The notes under the pieces: model-generated
Told to the model about the DNA's origin: nothing
The model's input: only the letters and a program-made list of their open reading frames with translations
The model's database searches: none
Made by a program: the position numbers and the translations under genes
Source: Camelus ferus
Taxonomy: Eukaryota
Length of the DNA stretch: 64,000 nt
NCBI RefSeq assembly: GCF_009834535.1
Contig: NC_045698.1
Span: forward strand, 61,442,001-61,506,000
Direction: 5' to 3'
Shown: one piece after another, positions 52,560 to 64,000 of the stretch
Numbering within the stretch: position 1 is the stretch's first letter
How the letters are laid out: each line of letters starts with the position of its first letter

Positions 52560-54259
52560 GTACCTAAGGAACTTAAGAATATTGCTCAATAGATTTAGAC
52601 ATTACCAAATAGTATTTTTACTGCTTGTGATAAAATAGGAGGCGAGATAGGAACTCAAGAAGGAACGGTTTGAATAGAATTTAGAGAAATTTAAGGAACA
52701 GTTTTTAAGCAAAATTAAGAGGAAGTATAAGGAAGTCAGGACTTTCTGTGTTAAAAATGTAAAATTGTTTTTCATTTTCAGTATCTCTCACCAAAAGGTT
52801 CTCAAAGTCAGTAATGACATCAGAGAAACATCAAATCCAGGATGGTACAAATAAAGATCTCAAGAATATGCCGGTGAGACTCTTTGTTATAACTGGAGAA
52901 AAATTTAAGGGTGCTTAATAGAACTTCTAAGAATATTCTGGTATATCTTTCCTACTAGAAAATAGAGGCCCTGAGGAATCTTAAGAGTGTGACTCTTAGA
53001 TATTTTCAACTAGATAAAAAGGCTTCCAAGTAGTCTCAGGTCATTGTCCAGTGGGATCTTGGTGTGTAGGTCAAGTAATTTTTGGAAAGAAATTGGAGTG
53101 TGACTTTCGTTGAATGAAATGGATTATGATTTGACATACAGGAAGCCAATAAAGCTTTGAAAGGAACTGTATTAGCTTGGAATGATAGAGATGAGATAGT
53201 AAAAATGAAAAGAAGTTTTTGTTCCCTTAACCTGCAGGAAGCAGGCTGAAAAAACTACTTAGTACAAGGATGATTATTCTCATGGGGAAAGAAGGATGAC
53301 TTAGAAGGCAGAACCAAGATCCCCCAAACTCCAGTGAATTATTCTCAGGGAACAGGACTATGCCATAATCAAGGAACTGGTTACCCATGCCCAAATGGAT
53401 TTCAGAACTACTGTGGACCTGCTGTGTCCTTCTCATTTTGTCTCTTTGTGACAGGGACTATCTATTTCAGTTATCCTATGCCTTCTTGCCATTGTGTGGG
53501 GTTGTGTATGTGACAGATAACTTGTCTCTTTAGTTAGCAGGTCTTCAGACTGATAGAAACTATACTTGAGAAGCAAAACCTGAGGAAACAGCATATCCTC
53601 ACTTGGAACTGATGTAAATGATAAGATCTTGGCCCTCAAGCCTGAGCCTGATGTTATAGTGGGATGAGAATGTTGACAGTCTTAAGAAAGTGAGTGGGAG
53701 GGGCATGGATTTTTGGTGGCCAAAGGGTAGATTGTAATAGATAGTAAAAGATTACCCTTATAAATTCTGTTGCTTTTTATATATACATGCTCCTACTCAT
53801 GTTGAAGAGTGATGTTTAATTTCCTTCCCCTTGAATCTAGGCTGATCTTAGTAAGTTGCTTGGCCAATAGAATGTGGTGGAAGTGATGTTATGGGACTTG
53901 TGAGGCTAGATGGTAAGAAGCTTTACAGCTTCTGCCTTGCTCTCTGGTGATGCTTGCTTATTAGACATTCTCTCTTAGAAACTAGCTGCTACTGTGAGAT
54001 ACCCAGGAGACACAGAGAGGCCACTTGTGGGCACTCCAGTTGAATGGTCCAGCTGAGCTCTCTCTAAGAGCCAGCATCAGCTGCCATCTTGGATTAGCAG
54101 CCTGGCTGAGCCTTAGCCACTGTCTTACTTTAATTGTACCAGAGACCCCCCAAAAGTACCACCCAGCAGAGCTCAGTCAATAGAACCATGAGAGATTATA
54201 AAATCTTAAGCCAATAGATTTTATAATGGTTCGTTATACAACGACAGATAAGCAAAACA
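52560..54259 (+). mobile_element. MLT1 internal sequence (52560-53732) plus 3' LTR (MLT1F/G-like, 53733-54259)
   Basis: Internal 3' end ggtggccaaagggtagat abuts the LTR start tgtaatag; similar to the reverse of 27164-28538. Confidence 0.8.
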
Positions 54260-54835
54260 ATAACCATTTTTCACACCTTCCATACTCCTTTTCGCTCCAT
54301 GTGGAATACTTTGCTCTGAGACTTTTATAGCATTCCACAAGAAAATTTTTCACATGGCCTCTACTTCAAAACTCTAAATAAAATTCACTGCCTCCTTTCC
54401 TGAGTAATTCACTTGTTTCTGACTCTCTCCTCTGCACTTGAGACATAATTTGTCTCATGTTAATTTGTCTTAGTTATATTTTGTTTTCAAAAGTCCTTGA
54501 CTCGTTCTCAAGTAGTACATCTTCTGCTTTTTCTATTTAGTTGTTGATTTCTTAAGACAGACTCAGTCTCTTACTTTCCCCCTCACCCCTTTTCCTTCAC
54601 AACCTCCAAGTTTATACTGACCACTCAGTAATTTCAACTACCTAAATATCTTCTGGATTACTTTTTAGAATTGGATGGAAAACACTCTCTTTTGTCCTAG
54701 CAGCCCTACTAAACTGTTAATCACCACATGAAATTGTCTGTTGTATACCACATTAATGGCTTGGAGTTCTGATGACTACTGGCTTATCTTGAATTGCTAT
54801 TAATCTGTTATCTTATTTTCTCCTGATCCTCTCTA

Positions 54836-55202
54836 TTTTTCAAAATTGAAGTATAGTTGATTTACAATGTTGTATTAGTTTCTGGTATAACACATAATGG
54901 TTTAGTTATAGACATACATACATACATATATATATATATATTCTTTTCTCTGTTCTTTTTCATTATAAATTATTAAGGTATTGATTATAGTTCTCTGTGC
55001 TACACAGTAGGACCTTGTTGTTTTTCTATTTTATATATAGTAGTATAGTTTATATTTGCAAATCCTGAAGTCCCAATTTATCCCTCTTCCCCTCCTTTCT
55101 CCTCTGGTAACCGTAAGTTTGTTTTCTATGTCTATGAGTCTGTTTCTATTTTGTAAATAAATTCATTTTTGTCTTTTTTTTTGATTGTACGCATAAGTGA
55201 TA
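54836..55202 (-). mobile_element. Lineage-specific L1 3' end with degenerate TSD
   Basis: aattgaagtatagttgatttacaatgttg 3'UTR; flanks ctcctgatcctctct (54820-54834) and ctctgatcctgtct (55203-55216). Confidence 0.9.
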
Positions 55203-55279
55203 CTCTGATCCTGTCTTGACTTGGCCCATCTACCGAGTTTCCTCGTTTCTTACCCATGGCCCTGGTAGTTTTACTGTCT

Positions 55280-55720
55280 TATGCCAAGCTTTTTCCTGTC
55301 TTAAGACCTTTACCTTTGGGTATCCTTCAACCCTGGCTTTACCTCTTCAATCTTTGCCTTTCTTGTCTTCCTTAGCTTCTTCACACCCTCCTCTTCTCAG
55401 ATCAGATGTCTTTTTCTCAGAGACCTTTTCTGGCCATGTACTCCAAAGTAGCTGCAAACACTACTCCTTCTCTATCCTTTTATTTGGCTTTGTTTTCCTC
55501 ATAGCACTCATCATTACATAGAATTATCCTCCTCATTTGTTGTTTGTTTATTCTATGGCTTCTCTTAATCTTGTTTGCCCTCCTCTCTCACTAGTATGTG
55601 AGGTCCAAGAGAATAATGCTTTTTTTTTTTTTTGGTTGTTTATTTCCATTATTGCTCAGAGTATGGTGGATTGCCTCGTGCACAGCAGGTATTCAATAAG
55701 TATTTGTTGAATGAATAAAG
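55280..55720 (+). mobile_element. L2 3' end
   Basis: Ends gcacagcaggtattcaataagtatttgttgaatgaataaa. Confidence 0.8.
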
Positions 55721-56310
55721 AAACTCATATTCTTCTCCCCCATCAGCACTGGGGGAGCCTTGGGGAAGTTCAACCCAGGGGCTCTTGATTGTGCCCACTG
55801 GGGACTGCAGTGACCACCTGCTGACTGGTGGGAGTGGTAACAGTGGGGAGGGAAACTAACAAGTTGAAAGGAGCTCAACTCCTTCTGCTGAGGTTAAATT
55901 AAAAATATTGGCGTCTTAGATTTCTTATTAATATTTTTATGCTTAAATTCTGTGTTTATGCCTAAGTGAGCCAGAGATGGGATGACGGAGTGTCAAAGTG
56001 AAAAATTTTGTTTTAATTTTTTATTACTTTGCCAATTGGAGCAAGGTTTAAAAAATTCTACAGATAAGTATTTTTATTAGCTTAAACTATAAATAGAATA
56101 TTTGGTTTCTTCTTATTTGAATATATGTGGCAGCTTAAATAATGGAATCAGTTATTAATCTTAATTTATATGGTCTCATATAGGTAAATTTCTCTCTGAG
56201 TGTGTTTAACAGTATAGATTCTAGAGGAAGTACATGTTTTTTAAAGATTCTGTAAGGAGAGTTGCCAGTAATAGATTTGGAAATCTTTATTCTTTAAGAA
56301 CATGTAAGTT

Positions 56311-56758
56311 TGTGACTTCTTGAGCTCACCCATATCCTATTTTCTTCTTCCAGGCACATAGGAGGATTATGATTTCTCCCAGCTTTGCAGTTGGGAAAAG
56401 CCATGTAACTAGTTCTGTCCAATGGGCTATGAGCACAAGAGACTAATAATTTAGTTGTATAATCACTGACTTGGGACCTGCAGCTCTTTCTTTCCCTTCT
56501 ACAGTGTCTCAGGAGGCTGTATACTCCAGATGGTACAGCTGTGAGACAGTAGAGCCCCCATACCTCAGACTCCCTCAGTGGCTCTCTAGTGACCTATGTG
56601 GAGTACATAGCATGGATCCCTGAGCCACTGAGTCCCTAAATGACTATCTGTGGACCTATTTGTAGTACTTAGCATGAGCCAAAAATTTTTGTGCTTGGCC
56701 ACTGAGATTTTGTGGTTGGTTGTTACTGCAGTGGAGCCAATTCTAAATGCATAATATA
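56311..56758 (+). mobile_element. MLT1J-like MaLR solo LTR
   Basis: gccatgtaactagttctgtccaatggg...gccactgagattttgtggttggttgttactgcag. Confidence 0.8.
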
Positions 56759-57068
56759 GTTGAGAAATGGGAACTGAGGTTGATTTTTTTTATTGCTTAT
56801 CTCTAGCAGAAAAGATTTATAAATGTTTAAGAGATCACTTTAAACTATCTTACAATTTTTTTTCAAAGAACAAAGAAATTTGTACAATGTATGCCTGAAT
56901 TCAATAAAGGGGAATACTTTGTGTGTTCCCGATTTTTCTTCATAGTATTGAAGGAAAAATCATGTACTGAGGTACCTGATTATAGTCTTATAGATGCCTT
57001 GAACATAGGTAGATACAGAGGAAAAAGCTCTAGGTCTTCTATGGTTTTAATTCAGAAAACCATCTTTT

Positions 57069-57317
57069 TAAACAAAAACGTCCTTCTATATAGCACAGGG
57101 AATTATGTACAATACCTTGTAATAGCCTATAATGAAAAAGAATATGAAAAGGAATATATATATATATACACACACACACACATATATATATACACACGCA
57201 CACACACACACACACTTAATGGAATCACTATGCTGTACACTAGAAATTAACACAACATTGTAAACCAATTATACTTCAATAAAAATAGACAAGTAAATAA
57301 ACCAAAAACCAAAAAAC
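57069..57317 (+). mobile_element. Short lineage-specific L1 3' end with perfect TSD
   Basis: atatagcacagggaattatg...tatacttcaataaaaa; 13-bp TSD AAAACCATCTTTT at 57056-57068 and 57318-57330. Confidence 0.93.
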
Positions 57318-57470
57318 AAAACCATCTTTTATTTCAACTTAAAAGTAGCTGCAGCTACTGTCACTTCAGATATTTTTTCAGCTTTCATTGTGCTGTGGAA
57401 ATTAGCATTTTTATTAGCACAAATTATTCTTGTTTGCTAATTCCAAAGATGTCCAAAAGCCAGAACAGCC

Positions 57471-57835
57471 NNNNNNNNNNNNNNNNNNNNNNNNNNNNNN
57501 NNNNNNNNNNNNNNNNNNNNNNNNNNNNNNNNNNNNNNNNNNNNNNNNNNNNNNNNNNNNNNNNNNNNNNNNNNNNNNNNNNNNNNNNNNNNNNNNNNNN
57601 NNNNNNNNNNNNNNNNNNNAAATCACCATGAGTGATATGACATTATAATTTTACATAGCATATTTCTGCCANNNNNNNNNNNNNNNNNNNNNNNNNNNNN
57701 NNNNNNNNNNNNNNNNNNNNNNNNNNNNNNNNNNNNNNNNNNNNNNNNNNNNNNNNNNNNNNNNNNNNNNNNNNNNNNNNNNNNNNNNNNNNNNNNNNNN
57801 NNNNNNNNNNNNNNNNNNNNNNNNNNNNNNNNNNN
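57471..57835. other. Assembly gaps 57471-57619 and 57672-57835
   Basis: N runs. Confidence 1.
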
Positions 57836-60800
57836 AGCCACTTATAGGTTTGACAAAGTGCCAGCTATAAAGTATTTATTGTTCTCAGTGTTTCTGCCTT
57901 ACACACTTAAATATTTATCAGAAACATAAGCCCCGCTGATAAATGTTTCTGATCTTTATGGGTAGATTATTATTTTTTTTTTAATTTGGATTTTTCATCA
58001 GAAACTGCATCTGCATTTTTATTATGTTAAAAACTTTGGGCTCATAATTTGAAAAGGCTATAGGTGAGTTTTAAAATTTTGTTCCTTTTAACTTCTGCTT
58101 TTAAGTGTGCAATTTTTGAGGTAATGTTCTTAGTATAGAAGTGAGGACTTCCTTATTTTGCCTTTGCTATACAGGTAGCCCAGCCAAATTTTCTGAATTT
58201 CATCTTTATGTGTATATATACACACCACATGAGATCTAAGTTGACGATGGTCTAGTATAGTCTGAGAAAATGTATGCTGTCCAAGTATATTAGGCGTTTG
58301 TTTTAATGCCACTTAAATCCATATCCTGTTTCTGAAGAACACAGACATAGGGAGGTCCTTACCCTGGGCTGGGGAGATCTTGCTTGGGAGCACAGCTGAC
58401 TGGGTCAATGATTAGCACCTACGTCAAAGGAAGGCAGGCAGCACCATACTGGTCGGTGATCTGTGGTGTGGCGGGTCATGGCATAAGAACCCTGGGAAAC
58501 AGGATGCTCTCTACAGGAGGTAGGAGACCGGTCCTGGTTAGATCTTCTTAAGGCATTCAAAAGTGAGACACACACATGGTAAAGCACCTTGGAAGCACAG
58601 AGACTCACAGAAAGAAATCAACTAGTAGACTCCATAAGGTTGTCAAAGCCACTATATATAAAAGCCAAAGGTTGAAGGAAAAAGAGCAGAATTACTGAAT
58701 GAGTAGCAAGAGAAGTAGACATTATACAAGCTGAAATATAAAGTAGTGGAATGAACCATCAGGAACTTGAACTTGTCATTAAGGAGGGCTGAAAGTGGGC
58801 TCAGTGGCTGGAAGAAAGCTATTGAGATGATGATGATGATGATTTTTTTATTCTTCAATTCCCTGGGTATCTGTACAGGAAGCTAACTTTAACAATATTA
58901 AACTGGGCTTTTCACTTTTCTTCCAACTTCAAAAAGTCTAACACATCTAAGAAAAGTATAATGAATTCATATGATCACAGAATTTTAGCTTTACAACAGA
59001 ATTTAGAGACATCTTGCCAAAATGCTTTCCTATTTATTTTTATTATGAAGAATTTCAGTGCCAAGGAGGAAATACCATAAAGTCCCTCTCTTTGCTCTAC
59101 CAGCTGATCATATACTGTGATCATAAGCATCTTAAAGCCACAGACACATCTTAAATAGCTGTTTCTTCTGGCTCTGGTACAAAGTAGGAGCTCAATAAAT
59201 GCTTTTTGAATAGTAAGTTGTAGCAAAATCTTTTGGCATTTGATAGTTTAGATTTGTCTGCAGAGCTGGTTAATTATAGTTAAAAGAGGGAGTATGGGAA
59301 AAAATGAAGTAACAAGACTAACTGTCCTCAGTCTATTTGGCTAACAGTTTCTCTTCTGCACACCACACATACAAACACTCATACACACACTCAAATAAAG
59401 GAGATCTTAGCCTTGTAAACCGATTAAGGAGGTTTCACATCCATCAAAATTGGTCCTGGAAAATTCATTGCACAAGGCTATCATTTGGGGTTCGAAACAC
59501 AAGGGAATGGGGGCACTGACAGCATCCAACTAATTTACAGTTAGGTCTCCACACTTGCTTAAATTCATAGATTAAAAGTGAGAAAGGTTTTATATTTGGA
59601 ACATTTTCTGACTCAAGGCTAAGGAAGGTTAGTAGGAAGCTAAGTTCTCTGCCCCTCTAATAATTTACGTGGAACTTTCAGTATCAGTGTCATTTTCTTG
59701 AATATCAAAGGCTAAAGAGTATTTTGAATAAATCAAAACTAAAAGAAGACTCTGGGAAATATTACATGTCTGTTGAGCAGACCGTTTCATAGAAGGAGAC
59801 TAATTCGTTGAATTTAAGGACATTTCTTCAATTTTAGCCATCTCTATGGAAGAACAACAATAAGAGCTGTCTAAGTTACATCTGCCACTCTGTTTTGTCT
59901 TAACTTTCAGTTTTATATTCCCTTGGGATAAATCCTTAAAAGCCAGAATAAATAATTCTCCAAAATAGCAGATAGCAAATAAACAATGCTATTTCTAATC
60001 TTTATCTGAGTTTTATCTTAGGAGTTGTAAAGACAGATCTTTAGTTTTGGACTAATTCTTTGTATTGGAGAGTTGGGTTCCTTTTGCTAAGAAACTTTTA
60101 AAATTTCCTAGTCTAAATTCCCTCCAAAAGGACTTCTGAGAATTGTGATGATTTATGGGACATTATTAAGGGACTGGGCTTAGCAAAGAGAGAAGCCCAG
60201 CAATTTCCAAGCAGCTCTACGCGGGAGGAGCAGAAGTGTTTCAGGGCAAGGGCACACTCAAGGACAAATTCTGACTATTCCTAAATTACTTTGCTCATTG
60301 TGCGGTGTTTGCATTCTTTATGACACAGCCATTTTTTCCCCTAAGCTCTGGAACAAAATAAATCCTAAAGAAGGCAACATCAAGAAAGTCTGGAGTCCTT
60401 ATTTGTGTGAAAAGAAAGAAAAATAAAAGTGATGAAGATCTTGTAAATAGGTAAACTTTATATAATGTGCTGAGAACAAAAATTTTTTCAAATGTTGAGA
60501 TATATGTGCTAATGGAGACCTTAAAGTTATCTTCCCCCCAGCTCAAGACTGCTAGCATTTGTGAGGGAAATTCTAAGCCTTACTGACGAGATAAGATCAG
60601 CTTCATTCTTTTTGAGCCAGACCTTTGTTTTAAGAATTTGTTCTTGGGAACTCAGAGACTTTGGCTATCCTAACTTCAGAATTTGAAAATGGTTCTTTCT
60701 AGTTCGATAAATTCTTGTTCTGCTTTACCTGAGTGAATTTTCACCCTTCTTGACCTATTGTTCTTGAGCCTTGGGAGATGGAATTACAAGGTGATGTTTG

Positions 60801-61099
60801 AGCAAATAAAATGCCATAGGAAGCTTCTTGTAGTGAGTCTTGGTGCCCACTACAAGGCCTGCCACAGGCCGTCAAGTGGCAGCACAAGGGCAAACCGGAT
60901 GGGTGAGTACTGAGACTCTAACTAAAAATCGGTTCTTTAATTGGCTCCTTAATTGTGGCTGCTTGATATCCACTAACTGCTGCTTTTTAAAACTGAGATA
61001 CTTTCGAGCTTATTTTTTGCTATTTGTGTTATCACATATCTATTCTATCTTTCTATCCATTCATCAGTCCATTCTGTAATTATATATATTTTTGAGAGC

Positions 61100-61250
61100 T
61101 TAGAACAGGCAACAATTTATTAGTGTTAACAAGAAGTATAACCATAAAGAAAAAAACTCGATAAATTGGACTTCATCAAACCTAAAATTTGTTGCTTATC
61201 AAAAGACATTGTTACGAAAATGAATAGATAAGGCATGAAAATGTTTGTAA
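61100..61250 (+). mobile_element. L1M ORF2 fragment
   Basis: gataaattggacttcatcaaacctaaaatttgttgcttatcaaaagacattg. Confidence 0.75.
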
Positions 61251-61269
61251 TGCATTGTCTTATGTTTTT

Positions 61270-61875
61270 TGAAGCATTTAAAAAATAAGTTGCAGACACC
61301 AATCAGTACCCTTTCCCCCTAAGCACTTCAACATAATGAACACTAGAATTTAGCATTTATTTATTTTTTTGAGGTAAGACTTATATACAATGAGATTTTC
61401 AAGTCTTATGTGTGTACAGTTTGATAGTCTTGGTAAATGCATTCTCCTTTGTAACCCAAACCACCTCACGCCACCCAGAAAGTTTCCTTGCCCCCCTCCC
61501 CAGTCAATCCCTATTCCCATCCTACTGTTTTGATTTTTTTCAGGACAGATTAGTTTTGCTGTTCTAGAACACATAAATGGAATCGTTCATATGGATATTC
61601 ACTGAGCGGTTTTTAAGAGTCAACCGTAATGTTCGTTACAAGTAACAGATGGTTCATTTCTTTGTCAAGTAGTATTACCTTAAATATGATGACTGAAATT
61701 TCTTTGTTGAGTCACCTGTTGATGGACCCCTGTTTTCAGTTATTCACCATTATGAGTAGAGTCACCCCAAGTCTCTGTGTGGCCATATGTTTTCATTTCT
61801 CTTGGGTATGTACTTTAGTGTGGAATTTCTGGCCATAGCATAGGTGCGTGTTTAATTTTGTAAACATTTTCTAGG
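61270..61875 (-). mobile_element. L1MB/MC-type 3'UTR fragments
   Basis: aagttgcagacacc...ccctaagcacttcaacat; cacccagaaagtttccttgccc; ttttcatttctcttgggta. Confidence 0.75.
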
Positions 61876-62434
61876 TTGATAAAACCTTTGTTCCTAGAGG
61901 CTAAATATAATGTAGTGTAATGATGTTTGTGTCTTCCCTAAATCTATACACCTATTGAAGACATTAGTGGCTCTTAGTGTAAAAAAATATACATGCAGCT
62001 CTGTAAGTTAAGTTCATATACTTTAGATTTCTACTACTCAGATTCAGCATATATTTTGTACTTCATTGAATACATGCTTATCCTTCCCTATAAACAGTAT
62101 AAACAAGACCTTGATTTATAAGTTTGTCAACTTAACCATAAAAACTGATTAAAGTATGGTAAGATTTTAGCCATTGCGAATCCAATCTCTCTCTCTGTCT
62201 CTCTGTTTCTTTCTAACACAGGAAAAAGCCCTTCTAAAACTGGTGCATGACTGTGAAGTTGTCACAAAGTACAAAATATTTATGCTTTTCTAATTTCTTT
62301 TTATAAATAAATGTCACAATGGCTGAGACTTTCTAGATGTAAGTTTTTAATGACCGCACCTAGGCTTGCCTAACCTATTTCCCTTTTTTCTCCCTTGACT
62401 GTTTAACTAGAGGATTCTTTTTCACCAGGGCTGT

Positions 62435-62622
62435 TCTAAAGGACCCTTGTGATTACACTGGACTCACCTGGATAATTATAGAGCCTGTCCATATTTTAAG
62501 GTCAGTTGGTTAGCAAACTTAACTTCCGTCTGCAACTTGAGTGCCCCTCTGCCATGCGATTTGCCATATTCACAGGTTCTGGGAATTAGGACATGTGTGA
62601 GGGAGTAGTATTCTCTCTACCA
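62435..62622 (-). mobile_element. MLT1D/E-like LTR 5' fragment
   Basis: ggacccttgtgattacactggactcacctggataat...atattcacaggttctgggaattaggac...ctctaccaca. Confidence 0.82.
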
Positions 62623-62902
62623 CACAAAATTTATTTATCAAATTCATTTGATTATCAGAAAGAAATTCATTTTGTGATCAAAGTTATTTGCTGCTCTCTG
62701 TTGTTTCATTCAAAATTGGAATCCTGAGTGGTTCTCACTCAGACAGAAAGCTCCATGGTTCTACTCTCCTTGCTTTGGATGTGCTGCTCAGAGCAGGAAC
62801 TTCAGACCCTGGCTCTGTCATCCTCTTGGACTTCCTCTGGTATATCCCACTTCTTCCTGGACAAACTGCAAAAGCTGCGCTGCCCCTGCCTCCCAACTTT
62901 CC

Positions 62903-62917
62903 CCACCAGGTGGAGCA
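62903..62917 (+). promoter_or_regulatory. CTCF-like motif
   Basis: CCACCAGGTGGAGCA, one mismatch to the core consensus, in non-repeat sequence; motif only. Confidence 0.45.
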
Positions 62918-63879
62918 ATTAGAAAGGTGCTGGGATGCATAGATTGGTAAGAAATTTAGGGCCAGATTACAGCATCATCTCAGCAGGGTATAACCTATAC
63001 ACAAAAACCCTCCTTCCTCACTTACAACTTCTCTAGACTGAGTCCCATGCATCCAGCCTCTGCTTTAAACCCTTATTGGCATCCCACTTTGAGCCATCAA
63101 AGGGCGACCTGGTGTCTTATGAAGCCCCCTAGGGCTTTGCTTAGAGCTAAGTACAAAATAAGCCCGCTGAACTTTGTTCTGCTGGCTTCTGTGGGTGGCA
63201 ATACAAAACCATGCCCTCTCTTTAGACAAAACTTAAGCATTTTAAAATAAAAATGTACAGATCTCTAGCTACTTAAGATGATTAAGCATCATTACAAGCA
63301 ATCTTATTTTACGGTAAGTAAAAAGAAAATAAATCAGGCTTTGTCTTGTATGATGAATCAAGACTAAGTGCTTTGTCATCTGTGGGGGCCCGCCCAAAGA
63401 ATCAGCTACTCAGAGAGCCCAGATGTGGCCAGGAACCCTTAGATGAAGAGTTTCTGTAATCTCATTAACTCTAAGTTCCAGTTTCCCTGGAGAAAGTCGG
63501 ATGAGATATCTGACATTTTATGAAGACAAATTTTCTCAATAGGATTCACTGAAAGTAGAATTTCTTTGCTATTAGCCTTATTAAGCTTCCTGGACATTTT
63601 GGGGAAGAATTCTAGATGCCTTGTAGACATTTTTGTATTCCACAGATTCTCCTAGAATCAGACAGATTAAGGAACAGTTGGTGACTTGGACCACAGGAAA
63701 TATGTTGTGTTATTAAACATTCTTCTGTTTGTAAGAAGACAACACTTAGCTCGCCATGTGGGAAGATTTACCATCCTGGAATTGAAGGTTCTAAATGTCA
63801 GACCAGCCAAAAGAATTCAGGAGAAAATAATAATAGACTTCAAAAACCTTTAATGATAAGATCCTGAAATTGCTCAAGA

Positions 63880-64000
63880 TTCTTTTGGACATGTAAAAAA
63901 ATCCAATTCAAATTACCTTGAGCAGAAAGGAAATGTGATGGTTTTTGTAGTTGGAATAGCTCACACGCCCGAAGGAACCAGGACCTCAGATCCTAGAAGG
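63880..64000 (-). mobile_element. Old MaLR LTR fragment running off the window edge
   Basis: aatccaattcaaattaccttgagcagaaaggaaatg...ggaaccaggacctcag. Confidence 0.5.

Noticed and set aside
52782-52873. 92-nt segment with good acceptor and CCG|gtgaga donor (SLTKRFSKSVMTSEKHQ...)
   Set aside because: Lies inside MLT1 internal sequence and is not frame-preserving; at most an exonisation candidate
57344-57359. Perfect 16-bp palindrome AGTAGCTGCAGCTACT
   Set aside because: About one is expected by chance in 64 kb (64000/4^8)
971-63630. All ORF-track ORFs as protein-coding genes
   Set aside because: All are short with no recognisable domain. Many use non-ATG starts, overlap MaLR/L1/L2/MIR or microsatellites, or are open only because of N gaps.
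1-64000. CRISPR arrays, operons, tRNA/rRNA genes, CpG-island promoter
   Set aside because: Mammalian DNA; no repeat-spacer arrays, no tRNA/rRNA signatures and CpG is depleted throughout

Overview
64 kb of AT-rich, CpG-poor mammalian DNA from a draft assembly with five short N gaps. The young LINE-1 3' ends resemble camelid (alpaca/camel) L1 from memory. I saw no ruminant, pig, cetacean, horse or carnivore SINEs, so the species is probably a camelid (inference). I could not support any protein-coding exon, tRNA/rRNA gene, CpG island or CRISPR array. The ORF-track ORFs are short, unrecognisable, and many lie in repeats or N gaps. The window looks intergenic or deep-intronic. It is dominated by ancient repeats: about 17 MaLR/ERVL LTR pieces (three with MLT1 internal sequence), MIR, L2, L1M, and hAT elements. 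It also carries four lineage-specific 5'-truncated L1s, three with readable target-site duplications. Repeat subfamily names are recalled from consensus similarity, not from a RepeatMasker run. The most unusual unexplained structures are a perfect 25-bp inverted repeat 713 bp apart in unique sequence (48253-49015) and a recent ~70-bp direct duplication (34650/35391). Also present are two CTCF-like sites in divergent orientation near the window ends and several orphan splice-site pairs. I found no convincing new multi-component biological system.
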